This document shows, piece after piece, positions 18,020 through 26,984 of a DNA stretch of 38,965 nt. The position numbers and the translations under genes are program-made. Position 1 is the first letter of the stretch. The number at the start of each line of letters is the position of its first letter. The notes below the pieces were generated by a model. It made no database searches and was not told the DNA's origin. It was given only the letters and a program-made list of their open reading frames with translations. The DNA is taken from contig JBCCUH010000001.1 of assembly GCA_039197405.1 (NCBI GenBank), positions 1 through 38,965 of the forward strand, given 5' to 3'. The DNA comes from Pseudomonadota bacterium. GTDB taxonomy: Bacteria > Pseudomonadota > Alphaproteobacteria > Rhodobacterales > Rhodobacteraceae.

Positions 18020-18062
18020 GATGTGGCCCTTTCGTGTTCGTGATGTTTTGCGGGGTGGGGGA

Positions 18063-18095
18063 TCAGGCCGGCGCACCGGCCTGAAAAGTCAGGCC
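18063..18095. other. Hairpin(s) after the major capsid gene
   Basis: TCAGGCCGG-CGCA-CCGGCCTGA with an overlapping alternative GGCCTGA-AAAG-TCAGGCC; no U-tract in the sense direction. Confidence 0.5.
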
Positions 18096-18102
18096 AGCGG
18101 TG

Positions 18103-19068
18103 TTAGCCGGCTTCGGCGCACCGGGCGATGATCACGCCTTTGTCCTGCACGCGCGTCGCATCGACATAGGCCGAGACATAGCAATAGGGCAGGTTCTTCG
18201 TGGAACTGTCGTTCCACATGTCGCCCTCGATGCCCTGCCACTCGCCCGCGACGATATTGGACTTGCCCCAGAAGGCGATCATGCGGTTGCCGTTGCTGTC
18301 GTAGGGCACACGGTTGGATGCGATCCAGGTAAAGCCCAGCAGTTTCGTGGGCCGCCCTTCAACCAGCTGTTCAACAGTAAAGTTGTTCACGTTCAGCTTT
18401 GTCTGCTCAGCTAGTCCGATCAGATCGTCCACCTGTTCGGGTGCGATCAGTCCACACATCGGGTCCATGAACTGCGGATCCAGGCCAAATTCAGCCTTGT
18501 TAAGCACCAGTTTGGCCCGACGCAACTTGTCCATGGTGAGGCCTGTGGCCGCGCCGCTCGCACCGCCAAGGCGATAGTTGGCAGCCAGATACTGGCCGTC
18601 AGGAAGATCGGACTTCGCACCGGGGCGCCGCCCTTCCTGTGCCGACCCGTAGATCCCGTGGCCCGAAACGCCAAAAGTGCCGTCTGTCTTCTTCTCGACG
18701 CCCAGCACCTGATCGTACCAGCCACGCTCCACCGCCGCGACGTTGTTGCGCATGTATTCCCCGGTGGGATCCCGCGCGAGGTCGAATTTTTCGGCCTTGT
18801 CGATGTAGGTGCCCCGCTCGATCGCTTGGGGCCGCACCAGCCAGCGCCGGCTGAGATTGTTGCGGTTGTCCGGGTTGCGCCGGTCGCGATCCCCCGCTTT
18901 TTGATAATCGGCTTCGCCGATCAGCTCGGCTGCGGTCTGCGCCTCGCCGGATGCAGGCACAACCGTGACCATATCCCGGATCGGATTGCGCAGCTGCTGC
19001 GCCACCATTTGCACATCGGCCGCGTAGCTTTCACGGTGATGCTGTTCAACTTGCTGTTGGTAGGACAC
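18103..19068 (-). CDS. Major capsid protein (BPP-1-like)
   Basis: GTG after AGGAGG; RRWLVRP, LVEGRPTKLLGFTWIASNR, ATRVQDKGV motifs. Confidence 0.9.
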   Translation of the reverse strand: MSYQQQVEQHHRESYAADVQMVAQQLRNPIRDMVTVVPASGEAQTAAELIGEADYQKAGDRDRRNPDNRNNLSRRWLVRPQAIERGTYIDKAEKFDLARDPTGEYMRNNVAAVERGWYDQVLGVEKKTDGTFGVSGHGIYGSAQEGRRPGAKSDLPDGQYLAANYRLGGASGAATGLTMDKLRRAKLVLNKAEFGLDPQFMDPMCGLIAPEQVDDLIGLAEQTKLNVNNFTVEQLVEGRPTKLLGFTWIASNRVPYDSNGNRMIAFWGKSNIVAGEWQGIEGDMWNDSSTKNLPYCYVSAYVDATRVQDKGVIIARCAEAG

Positions 19069-19107
19069 TTCGCCCCTCCTTCGAAAAATCAACAATTCAG
19101 TGAGATT

Positions 19108-19210
19108 TCGGAAGGGGCACCCGGCAGATCCGGACCCGACCTGACCTTTTCGCGGTCTAGTCGGACGGCTTTCCCGCCAGCACCGGACCCTCTGCAGGGG
19201 CACCCGGATT
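19108..19210 (-). ncRNA. Candidate structured cis-regulatory RNA in the capsid leader
   Basis: Four hairpins, two carrying the same bulged duplex CCGGG-TGC-CCC/GGG-TCCGG. Confidence 0.55.
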
Positions 19211-19215
19211 GAGTG

Positions 19216-19512
19216 TCAGGATTTCATCCGGATTTTGCGCCAAATGTCAACCATAAAACTAGATGTGGTAGATCGCGCAACGGTTGCTGCCTTTAAGCCA
19301 GCACGCCATTCAGCGATCATTTCATCGGCGACCGCGGCCACCTGATCATCCTGCGCCCTGTTGGCCTGTAGCAAGGCATACACAGCAACTTCCAGATCAG
19401 GATCCCGCTTTAGCTCATCTTGCAGCAGTCGCAGAAGTGCCCAACTCAATCCGCGCTGCCTGTCCACAACGTCCTTCAAGTGCTCGGCTCGGTCAAAATT
19501 GTCGTCAAACAT
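19216..19512 (-). CDS. Moron protein between scaffold and capsid genes, paralogue of 8108..8329
   Basis: GGAG upstream of ATG 19512 (alternative GTG 19524); lower GC; own AT-rich leader. Confidence 0.75.
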   Translation of the reverse strand: MFDDNFDRAEHLKDVVDRQRGLSWALLRLLQDELKRDPDLEVAVYALLQANRAQDDQVAAVADEMIAEWRAGLKAATVARSTTSSFMVDIWRKIRMKS

Positions 19513-19569
19513 GATACCATTCACTCCAAAAATCCGGCCAACGGCGCGGTATGGTTAACAGCCCCCGGA

Positions 19570-19599
19570 TACACGAAAGGCCCCGCGATCGCGGGGCCT
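19570..19599 (-). terminator. Terminator/attenuator-like hairpin
   Basis: Perfect palindrome AGGCCCCGCGATCGCGGGGCCT followed by TTCGTGT. Confidence 0.6.
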
Positions 19600-19709
19600 C
19601 AAAAAAATGATGAACATCAAATTTGGCTAAAGCGTGACCATAATTTGAAATGAATTGCCCTAGTCCTGCGTTGTGGTGGTGCTGCACTTCCCCGGCAGGG
19701 ACCAGTCTG

Positions 19710-20690
19710 TCAACGCCGGCCGCCCGGCGTTGCGACTTTCTGCAATCGGTCCATGATGGGCTTAAGGCGTTTCATTTCGTTTTGGTCCTTAGCCTCGACA
19801 GCCTTGTACCATTCACCGTCTTTGGACCGCATCCGCGCCAGTTCGGCCCGCGCCTCGGCGGGCGTCTGCCCCTGCACACCGGATCCCGGCTCAAGCTTGA
19901 AATCGCTGCCATCACTGAGCGCGTCGGCCATCGCATCAAAAATTCGCATGGTCTTCGCGTCACCGGCGTTTTTGCCGATCACTTCGCTGACCCAGCCCAC
20001 ATCTTCGAGCGTCATGCCAGCCTTTTCGGCGATTGCGGTGGCCGCTTGTGCAGCGCGCGCAATGCGAGCGTCTGTCTGATCCCCCCATTCGTGGAGAAGC
20101 TCGCCGCGCATTTCCTTGACGGCTTCCTGCTCCTGGGTTTCCGCATCTTGGTTCAGCTGTAGGATGTGGCCTGCAAACAACTCGGTCATGCGGTTCAGCG
20201 CCGGCCCGGTCATGCCTTCTTCATGGGCAATGGTGCGCGCCTGCTTTTCCAGGCCCTCATCCCATTTCTGATCTTTCGGCCAGTTTTCGGGTGGCTTGAT
20301 CTCATAACCTTCGGCATCTTTCGGGATGCCCAAATCGTCGCCGTGCTGGCGCAACCACTCAGCGACCTTACCCTTTTCCTCCGGCCGCTCGATCAGCCGA
20401 TCAGGGGATTTGCCCAGCTTCCGGGTTGCGGCGACTTCGGCGTCAGCGAGCTTGACCACCACGTCCAGCGGGTCATCGACGGTCAGCGCCTTGGCCGTCA
20501 GCATGGTCCGGTGATCATCGGAAAAGCGGGCGTCTTCCCACCAGTTGCCACCGCCTTGGCCACCGTCGCCGCCATCGGTGCCACCACCGCCGCCATCGGT
20601 ACCACCGCCACCGCCATCGGTGCCACCACTGCCGCCGCTTTCGCTATCCCAAACAGGTTTCGGAAAGGCTGAATTCAACAGGTTAAACAT
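19710..20690 (-). CDS. Capsid assembly scaffold protein
   Basis: LGIPKDAEGYE, LLHEWG and TPAEARAEL motifs; Gly-rich N-terminus; synteny. Confidence 0.85.
   Translation of the reverse strand: MFNLLNSAFPKPVWDSESGGSGGTDGGGGGTDGGGGGTDGGDGGQGGGNWWEDARFSDDHRTMLTAKALTVDDPLDVVVKLADAEVAATRKLGKSPDRLIERPEEKGKVAEWLRQHGDDLGIPKDAEGYEIKPPENWPKDQKWDEGLEKQARTIAHEEGMTGPALNRMTELFAGHILQLNQDAETQEQEAVKEMRGELLHEWGDQTDARIARAAQAATAIAEKAGMTLEDVGWVSEVIGKNAGDAKTMRIFDAMADALSDGSDFKLEPGSGVQGQTPAEARAELARMRSKDGEWYKAVEAKDQNEMKRLKPIMDRLQKVATPGGRR
20560..20630. repeat. 21-bp tandem repeat encoding GGTDGGG (about 3 copies)
   Basis: ccgccatcggt(g/a)ccacc units. Confidence 0.8.
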
Positions 20691-20988
20691 TGTTCTGCTC
20701 CAAGATTTCGCCGAGGTCGCGAGGGTTGATTTTGCCAAGCGCCAGGATGCGCATGGCGAGGTCGCGCTGGCCGGCCTCAAAGGCCAGGCGTATGGGATCG
20801 ACGGGGCCTAGATCGGCCTCGCCAGGGACCAGCGCGGCTGGCAACTGAATGATGCCCCCCAGCGCGATCAGGTCATGGGCCAGGTCCGGATCATCGCGGA
20901 ACGCCTTGGCCCATCGGCGGGTCATGCCGCGCGCCGCGTCGGGATAACGCCGCGTGAACCCGTCCAGAAACGACTGCCACATGTTCAT
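20683..20988 (-). CDS. Bbp19-like protein
   Basis: DP-x2-LAFEAGQRDLA motif between portal and scaffold. Confidence 0.75.
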   Translation of the reverse strand: MNMWQSFLDGFTRRYPDAARGMTRRWAKAFRDDPDLAHDLIALGGIIQLPAALVPGEADLGPVDPIRLAFEAGQRDLAMRILALGKINPRDLGEILEQNNV

Positions 20989-22646
20989 GGCAGCACCTGC
21001 TGCAGATCCGCTCCGGCCGCGGCTGCATCCTTGAGCGCCCCGGCCCCGGCTTGCAGTTGCGCCAGCTGATCGGCCTGCTGCTGCTGTTGCGCGCGCTCCC
21101 GCGCAAGCGCGTCGGCTTCTTCGCGCGGCCGCAGCATTTTGGCGGGCAGCATGGGGCTTGCGTCGTGCATGGCCTCAACCAGATCATCTTCATTGATACG
21201 ATCAGCCACCCGCTGCGCAATTTTTGGGCTGAGCTGCGCGAGCGGTGTTAGATCGGTGATAAAGGTTCGCATCGCGATGCCTTCGCTGGCCTGCATCGCC
21301 ATGGTTGCGGCTGACTGATACTTGGCCCGCAGGCCTGTGCCCGGCGGCGTGCCCTCTGGGGGTGGGGGTAGCTGACCCACGCGCCACAACAGCTTGAACC
21401 GTCGCTCCACCTTGCGCGCGGCATATTCTTCCATGATCCGGTCAGCATGCGGCGCCCAATTGCGCAGTTTGGCTTCCTCCATGATCCGCACTTCGTCGTT
21501 GGTGATGCCAGTGCGGCCATTCAGAGACATAAGCGTGTAGTGGAAGCATTCCTTGATCGCTTCGACGTTGTGTTTGCGTTCATCGACCGTCAGACCGATG
21601 CTCGTGTTGGTCTGTGCCCGCTTCAAAACCTCTTGGCCGGAAACTGTCATGCCGCCATAGACAACGTCGCCAGGCCGGATCCGGCCATTGAGCGGCAGCA
21701 CATCCCGATCAGGGGCCAACCATGTGGGATCTGCGGCAAACTGCGCCGCCCGGATGGTGGCCCCTTCCATCAAGTGGTTCACGCGCGTGCTGGCCAGGGC
21801 GATGTAGCCTGGCCCCGTGCCATAGGTGTGGCCGCTGTCAACATCCCAGCGCGGGAAATACACCGGCATATCGTCATAGCCTTTGACCCGCACCAGCGTT
21901 TCGCCCATTTCGCAGGCGGTATGTGACAGCCAGCGCTTACCACCGACGCCCAGGCGCCCGGTCTGCATGTCCATGTTGCGCAGGACGTGGGTGTAAAACG
22001 CAACCTTGCTGTGATCTCCCTTCTCGGCCATTTCCACCAACTTCGGAGGCAGCATTTCGCGCTTGAAGACCTTAAGAGCCCGCGCGCCAGACAGTCGATA
22101 CTTGCGCACGGCCTCATCCACACGCCCATGCGCGTCGATCGACACCACAACCTCGGCCAGCGACATGGTGACGTCGATGAACTTGCGCTCCAGCTCGTCA
22201 ACCTCGTCATAACCCGCCGCTTGGCCAAAAGCGGATATGTCGGAATATGCCTGGAAGGTGGCGGGGTAGAAACTGGCAGTGGACGGCGCGAAGCTGTTGA
22301 AGACCCGCTTGGTCACTAGGTCATTCCACTCAGCCATGGGTTGCCACTTGTTGAGATCGTCGTCGGGCGTCTCTAGCGCGCACCAACGATTGGCCGGGTT
22401 GGTGATGCCGGCATAGATCCCCGATGCAAATGCAGAGGCCGCCATGATCGGCTCGGACGACAGCGGCTTGTCATGGTCCCGCGTCGTGTGATCTGATCGC
22501 GTGAACCCGCCCCGCTGCGGCCGGATCAGCTTGGCGATGTCTTCCCAATCGCGCTCATGCTGCCCCCGCTCGGTTTTCAACTCGCCCCAGCGCCGGATCG
22601 CCTCCTGCGCGCGGGGCTCTTTCTCCATCACAGCCGCGGTTTTCAC
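20985..22646 (-). CDS. Portal / head-tail connector
   Basis: W-x2-IAKLIRP, AGITNP-x2-RW, PRW-x5-TYGTGPG motifs; 553 aa. Confidence 0.93.
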   Translation of the reverse strand: MKTAAVMEKEPRAQEAIRRWGELKTERGQHERDWEDIAKLIRPQRGGFTRSDHTTRDHDKPLSSEPIMAASAFASGIYAGITNPANRWCALETPDDDLNKWQPMAEWNDLVTKRVFNSFAPSTASFYPATFQAYSDISAFGQAAGYDEVDELERKFIDVTMSLAEVVVSIDAHGRVDEAVRKYRLSGARALKVFKREMLPPKLVEMAEKGDHSKVAFYTHVLRNMDMQTGRLGVGGKRWLSHTACEMGETLVRVKGYDDMPVYFPRWDVDSGHTYGTGPGYIALASTRVNHLMEGATIRAAQFAADPTWLAPDRDVLPLNGRIRPGDVVYGGMTVSGQEVLKRAQTNTSIGLTVDERKHNVEAIKECFHYTLMSLNGRTGITNDEVRIMEEAKLRNWAPHADRIMEEYAARKVERRFKLLWRVGQLPPPPEGTPPGTGLRAKYQSAATMAMQASEGIAMRTFITDLTPLAQLSPKIAQRVADRINEDDLVEAMHDASPMLPAKMLRPREEADALARERAQQQQQADQLAQLQAGAGALKDAAAAGADLQQVLP

Positions 22647-22840
22647 GCCACCGCCCCCAGCTGAGACTTAGCCGGGATGCCCAGGGCGCTGGTCAGCACC
22701 GTGGCGGCCGCACCGCGCCGTTTACGCAGCCGCGCCTCCGCATCGGCTGTCTGGGTGGCCTCGGCGTTGTTGGTCGAGGCGATGGCCTGCGGCGCGATCG
22801 CGGTGGCTGCGGCAGGCTTTGGGGTTCTCATGACGCACAT
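22643..22840 (-). CDS. Small virion/assembly protein
   Basis: MC start, RKRRGAAATVLTSALG motif directly before the portal. Confidence 0.75.
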   Translation of the reverse strand: MCVMRTPKPAAATAIAPQAIASTNNAEATQTADAEARLRKRRGAAATVLTSALGIPAKSQLGAVA

Positions 22841-22844
22841 GGGT

Positions 22845-23360
22845 TCAGTCCTTTTCGGTTGGGGAAGGGGAGACCAGCGCCATTTGGCAAAAGGTCAGCT
22901 CGCCCGAAATGCCGAAACCCGGCAGATCGGCCTCTTTGTGAAACCCCAGCCGCTGCAGGAAGGTCTGCGCAGTCGGGTGTTTCTGCAGGCACCGGCATTC
23001 AATCCGGTGCACGCCCAGCTCGGCCATGACGGCCGGCAATCTGTTGCGGATAATCGCGCCGGCTCTGGCGAGGCTGCCGGCAAAGCGGACGTGATCCCGC
23101 GCCAGCAAGGCGGCCTGCGCCACCCCCGCCTGGCCCGTGTGCGCCAGCGCCAGCACCGCAAAGGGCACCTGGGTGGCCCCCTGGGTCAGAACGTGGCTCA
23201 CGACATGCGCGGGGCGCTGGCCGTACCATTCAGCGAACAGGCTAAGGTGATCGGCCTGGCTACCGCGCACGGCCTGCGCCTCGATCAGATCCCAGGGATC
23301 CAAATCGCGGAACACAGCCATGGCCGCGTGCGAGGTGAAGGGCAGGACGCCAATGCTCAT
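22845..23360 (-). CDS. GNAT-fold acetyltransferase-like protein
   Basis: GVHRIECR-x4-H-x2-A-x2-FLQRLGFHKE motif. Confidence 0.75.
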   Translation of the reverse strand: MSIGVLPFTSHAAMAVFRDLDPWDLIEAQAVRGSQADHLSLFAEWYGQRPAHVVSHVLTQGATQVPFAVLALAHTGQAGVAQAALLARDHVRFAGSLARAGAIIRNRLPAVMAELGVHRIECRCLQKHPTAQTFLQRLGFHKEADLPGFGISGELTFCQMALVSPSPTEKD

Positions 23361-23611
23361 GCTTGTTCGTCCAGGTTGATGATCTGAACGATCCTTTCGC
23401 CCTGCAGGATAACGATCATGTTTTTCGGCAGGTTTCGGTTTACCCGGACAGGGACGCCACCAAAGGTAAACTCGCTAAATGCGCTCTTTGGCTCAGCAAG
23501 CGAGGCGCCAAGATCGCGCAAAGCAGCCTCGAAACGCAATCTGCTGCCACACTGAATGTCCGTTGGCGGAGCCGGCTGCAGAAGGCGACGAGCCTCCGGC
23601 AGCATGTCCAT
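23357..23611 (-). CDS. Hypothetical protein
   Basis: Start MDMLPEA; ATGA overlap with the downstream gene. Confidence 0.6.
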   Translation of the reverse strand: MDMLPEARRLLQPAPPTDIQCGSRLRFEAALRDLGASLAEPKSAFSEFTFGGVPVRVNRNLPKNMIVILQGERIVQIINLDEQA

Positions 23612-23628
23612 GGTGAAAGCGCCGCCTG

Positions 23629-23907
23629 TCACGCAGCTTCTGCCCGCAGCGTCCGACGCGCCGCATTGGCCCAATTGTCGATCGCAGACGCGCGGCTACC
23701 ACGCGCGCCGGCTTCGAGGTTGCCGATTTTGAGGTAGTGGCGCCCTTGGCTGGTCTGCCGGAACTTCGCCTTGAAGCTCTCCACCAGCTCGTTGGCCAGC
23801 ACAGCCGCCCCGACATTCGGGCGCGCCTCGATGTGGTCAACCACTTCGCGCAGCACGTCCAGTTTGGGCGTCGGCTTCGCTTTGGGTTTGGTTGCAGTCT
23901 TTGCCAT
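23629..23907 (-). CDS. Basic hypothetical protein
   Basis: RBS GGAG; follows terL. Confidence 0.7.
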   Translation of the reverse strand: MAKTATKPKAKPTPKLDVLREVVDHIEARPNVGAAVLANELVESFKAKFRQTSQGRHYLKIGNLEAGARGSRASAIDNWANAARRTLRAEAA

Positions 23908-23909
23908 GT

Positions 23910-25673
23910 TCAGTCTCCGTAGGGGTTGAGGATGTCGTACCCGGTGCGCAGACCGGGCTGACCTTTCAGATTGCCGGGGTGGGGTGGTCGCGCGGAGTTG
24001 CGCTGCCCTGGAGCCCCCGGAAAGCTCTGCGGGCTAGTTCCATCACCGCGGTGCTCGCTGAGCAGCAGATACTGCAACGCGTCGTGCACGTTGGCTTCGG
24101 TGAACTGTTTGTTGGGCACTTTGCGCTTGTCGCCGTGCCGGTCGATTTCTTCCGCCCAGACGTAGCGGGCCTCAAAACCGCGGATCAGAAACTTGCAGCT
24201 GGGGTCTATAAGCAAACCCGGCTCGCCATGCTCCAAAGGCGCGTCCAGCATGGCTCTCACGGCCTCCAAACGTGGTTGAATACGGTTGGTGCCGATCCGC
24301 TGCGGTCGCACTTTGAAGCCAGCAGCCTTGCCCACCAGAAGGTTCCATGTGGCGTTTTCGTCTGCCGCGGTGCTGGAGCCATGTTCGCCGGCCATATCGC
24401 CCAAACCGAACTCAACCCGGTGGTTGCCAAAGCGCTCATCAAGAAGATCAGCGAGCAGCTTGCCAAAGGCAACTGCCATCAGGCGCTTTTTGGGATAGTG
24501 CGCCTCGCCATATATCCGCCAGCGGTGGCCGGGCATGTACTGGGCAATAACCGCCGCGCCTTTGTACCCTTGGTCAAGGCCAATTCGCAGCGGGATGCGA
24601 GGATCTGGCACCAGCGGAATGTCTGAAACATGGATCCGCGAATTGTATTCGTCTTCCCAGACTGGATCCCCGACTTTCAGATAGGTGATCTTGTTTCTGA
24701 CCAAGCGCTTGATCATGTCACCGCGCCCGGCCAGCTTCATGGATGCGATCTGCCGCGGGTAGTATGTAGGCGACAGGTTTTGCGTGTTTTCGCAGCCCGG
24801 CTCGCCATAACCGGGCTGGTTGTAGAATTGGATCACAATTGGATCAACGCCTTCTGGCAGCTCTGCGGATAGCAGCTCGCCCATGCGTTTCCGTTCTTCC
24901 TCATTGTGGAACACGGTAAACGTCCAGTTTTCTTCATCTGGCGCGTTGAAGTCGCCGACGATCTGGCCATAGCTCTGCAGATGCAGCGGCAGACCGGCGA
25001 AGTGCTCGCGTGCCGGGAAACGGTCGATCCGGCCGATCCCCACGGTCAGGATCTCCACCGGCATTGTGTCCATTTCGTTCAGCACGATATCGGTGGTCTG
25101 CACCCCGCGCATGGATGCGATAATGTCATCGCCGAAAGCCATGAACTCGGCGATGAACTCGATCGGCCCATATTCGTCCTCGAAGTGGATCACATGGGTC
25201 ACGGGGTCGCCACGGCCGCCCGACCAGGTGCCCATGTCCTTCGGGAAGGTCTCCAGATAACTGGGGATCGAGGTGGACCACAGCTGCCGGTAGGTTTCGC
25301 GGATGAAAAGCACCTTGTAGCGCCGCACGCCGTCGATCGACGATCTGGGCATCATCACGGCGCGCCGCATCCGCGATTTCATCAGCGTGGTGGTTTTGCC
25401 GGATCCGACAGGCCCCTGGATGCCTACCACATCGTCGTCAGACCAATAAAACGCCTCAGCGATCGGGCCGGGGAACGAAACCTCTGATGCGATATCTGGC
25501 ATCTTGCCAGATGCGAATTCACCCTCTAGGCTTTCGATTGCCTCTTTCGCAGACAACCTCTGCAAATCTACATCCGTCAGCCCCGCATCCGCGGCGCTCC
25601 CTTGCCCCTCATGGGCAGTGGAGCGGACAAGCCACCCCCCACCCCATTGGCCAGTTGCAAGGTTCAGCGCCAT
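23910..25673 (-). CDS. terL: Terminase large subunit
   Basis: Walker A GPVGSGKT, DIVLNE, DFNAP, nuclease motifs IGLDQG and HDALQY; start MALNLATG. Confidence 0.93.
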   Translation of the reverse strand: MALNLATGQWGGGWLVRSTAHEGQGSAADAGLTDVDLQRLSAKEAIESLEGEFASGKMPDIASEVSFPGPIAEAFYWSDDDVVGIQGPVGSGKTTTLMKSRMRRAVMMPRSSIDGVRRYKVLFIRETYRQLWSTSIPSYLETFPKDMGTWSGGRGDPVTHVIHFEDEYGPIEFIAEFMAFGDDIIASMRGVQTTDIVLNEMDTMPVEILTVGIGRIDRFPAREHFAGLPLHLQSYGQIVGDFNAPDEENWTFTVFHNEEERKRMGELLSAELPEGVDPIVIQFYNQPGYGEPGCENTQNLSPTYYPRQIASMKLAGRGDMIKRLVRNKITYLKVGDPVWEDEYNSRIHVSDIPLVPDPRIPLRIGLDQGYKGAAVIAQYMPGHRWRIYGEAHYPKKRLMAVAFGKLLADLLDERFGNHRVEFGLGDMAGEHGSSTAADENATWNLLVGKAAGFKVRPQRIGTNRIQPRLEAVRAMLDAPLEHGEPGLLIDPSCKFLIRGFEARYVWAEEIDRHGDKRKVPNKQFTEANVHDALQYLLLSEHRGDGTSPQSFPGAPGQRNSARPPHPGNLKGQPGLRTGYDILNPYGD

Positions 25674-25873
25674 TTTGGACCGTCCTTTGCCAAAAAGTTG
25701 TATGGGGTCGGAGCGGGGGGCATACAGGCAGCCGGAGGGGTACCCCCCGGGGGGGTCGCGGCTGCCACGAGGTCGCTGATCATGCCCTGACCTGCACTTG
25801 GCCAGTCTTTCAGCAGATCGGACCACTGATTTTCAATCAGTAGGTTCGCGAGCGATTTCCCGTTTGATTTCAT
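25664..25873 (-). CDS. 69-aa ORF linking terS and terL
   Basis: ATGA overlap with the terS stop; its stop overlaps the terL start. Confidence 0.4.
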   Translation of the reverse strand: MKSNGKSLANLLIENQWSDLLKDWPSAGQGMISDLVAAATPPGGTPPAACMPPAPTPYNFLAKDGPKWR

Positions 25874-26541
25874 GGCCTTGGCCCTTCCGTCCGGATTTCG
25901 TTCTCCGGATCGTCCGGATTGGGCTTTGTAACCCCTTGTTTTTGCTGCATTTCATCCGCCACGTCCGCAGGCACCATCCGATGCGCCACTTTGCCCTCAA
26001 CCACGCGTGCATCGGCACCAGGTTGGCTGGGCATTGCCGGCATGATCACGGTGGTCTGCTGGTTCACCTGCACATCGGGGCTGGCCTTGGGCGTGCCGTA
26101 GGGCAGCAGCGCCTCAGAGGCCCGCAGCAGGATGGTGTAGAGCGATTTGAACAGCTCGACCTTCTGCGTGGGTGTCGGCAGGATCCGGCGGCCGTTATGC
26201 TTGCCGCCCTGCACCTTGGCGTCCTGGAACGCCCAGGCCAGCACCTGCTCGGTCTGGTTAATGGCCTGCACGATGGCCGGATCGCGGCTGTTCAGCCCGG
26301 CCATCTGCGCCAGCATGTCCTCGGGCATCTGGTAGCCGTTCGCCGCCAGCCACTCGCGCATCTGGCTGCTGCCCTTGTTCTGCGCGCCCTTCGGACGGCC
26401 CACTGCCTTGCCCTCGGCTGGCTCAGCCGCCTCGCTCACGTCCGGCAGGAACGTCAGCTGATCATTCAGGTCGCGTGCATCCTCGATCCGCTTCGCAGCA
26501 TCCCGCGCCAGATCCTCGAAGGAGTTTTTGGGCTTGGCCAC
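25870..26541 (-). CDS. terS: Terminase small subunit-like protein
   Basis: GRPKGAQNK motif, ASEALLPYGTPK; upstream of terL. Confidence 0.7.
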   Translation of the reverse strand: MAKPKNSFEDLARDAAKRIEDARDLNDQLTFLPDVSEAAEPAEGKAVGRPKGAQNKGSSQMREWLAANGYQMPEDMLAQMAGLNSRDPAIVQAINQTEQVLAWAFQDAKVQGGKHNGRRILPTPTQKVELFKSLYTILLRASEALLPYGTPKASPDVQVNQQTTVIMPAMPSQPGADARVVEGKVAHRMVPADVADEMQQKQGVTKPNPDDPENEIRTEGPRP

Positions 26542-26586
26542 GCTAAAAACCCCCTTTTTTATTGAATTTCAGAGGGTTAGGCCAAG

Positions 26587-26870
26587 CCACAACGGTGGCC
26601 ACAACGCCCACAACGGTGGAAATGGCAAGCGTTGTGGCCACCGTTGTGGCTCTTTTTATATATCTTTCAAGGGGATAGAGGTAAGGCACAACGCCACAAC
26701 GCTCAAACGCACCTGTCCGCGCGCACGCACGCGCACGCACGCACGCACGTGAGGGAGGGTGATTTAAGCGTTGTGGCGTTGTGGGTGGGCCAGAACCCCT
26801 TGATAAACAAGGGAAAAAGGCCACAACGGTGGCCACAACGGTAGGTCTTTCGAGCGTTGTGGCGTTGTGG
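26587..26870. repeat. Probable replication origin: 13 (C/G)CACAACG iterons in three convergent groups
   Basis: Forward at 26587, 26599, 26608, 26686, 26694, 26821, 26833; reverse at 26630, 26642, 26769, 26777, 26855, 26863; AT-rich spacers; just downstream of the helicase. Confidence 0.85.
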
Positions 26871-26984
26871 CCCTGACCCGCAGGTAAAAGGCCCCGTCGC
26901 GCGTAAATTATGGCATCCCAATGGGTGCGGGGGAAGCGAAAAGAGACACGCGATTTCAATGGCTTGCGATCATGTTCCATGAGA

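Noticed and set aside
19464-19676. Isolated CCACAACG copies (19464, 19669; also 27035 and a 7/8 match at 9269)
   Set aside because: A few single 8-mers in 39 kb are near chance expectation; revisit only if iteron binding by the Bro protein is shown
20560-20630. Gly-rich tandem repeat as a phase-variable element
   Set aside because: In-frame 21-bp units in a low-complexity scaffold N-terminus; ordinary
26587-26870. CRISPR array
   Set aside because: Repeats are 8 bp, in both orientations and irregularly spaced; no cas genes
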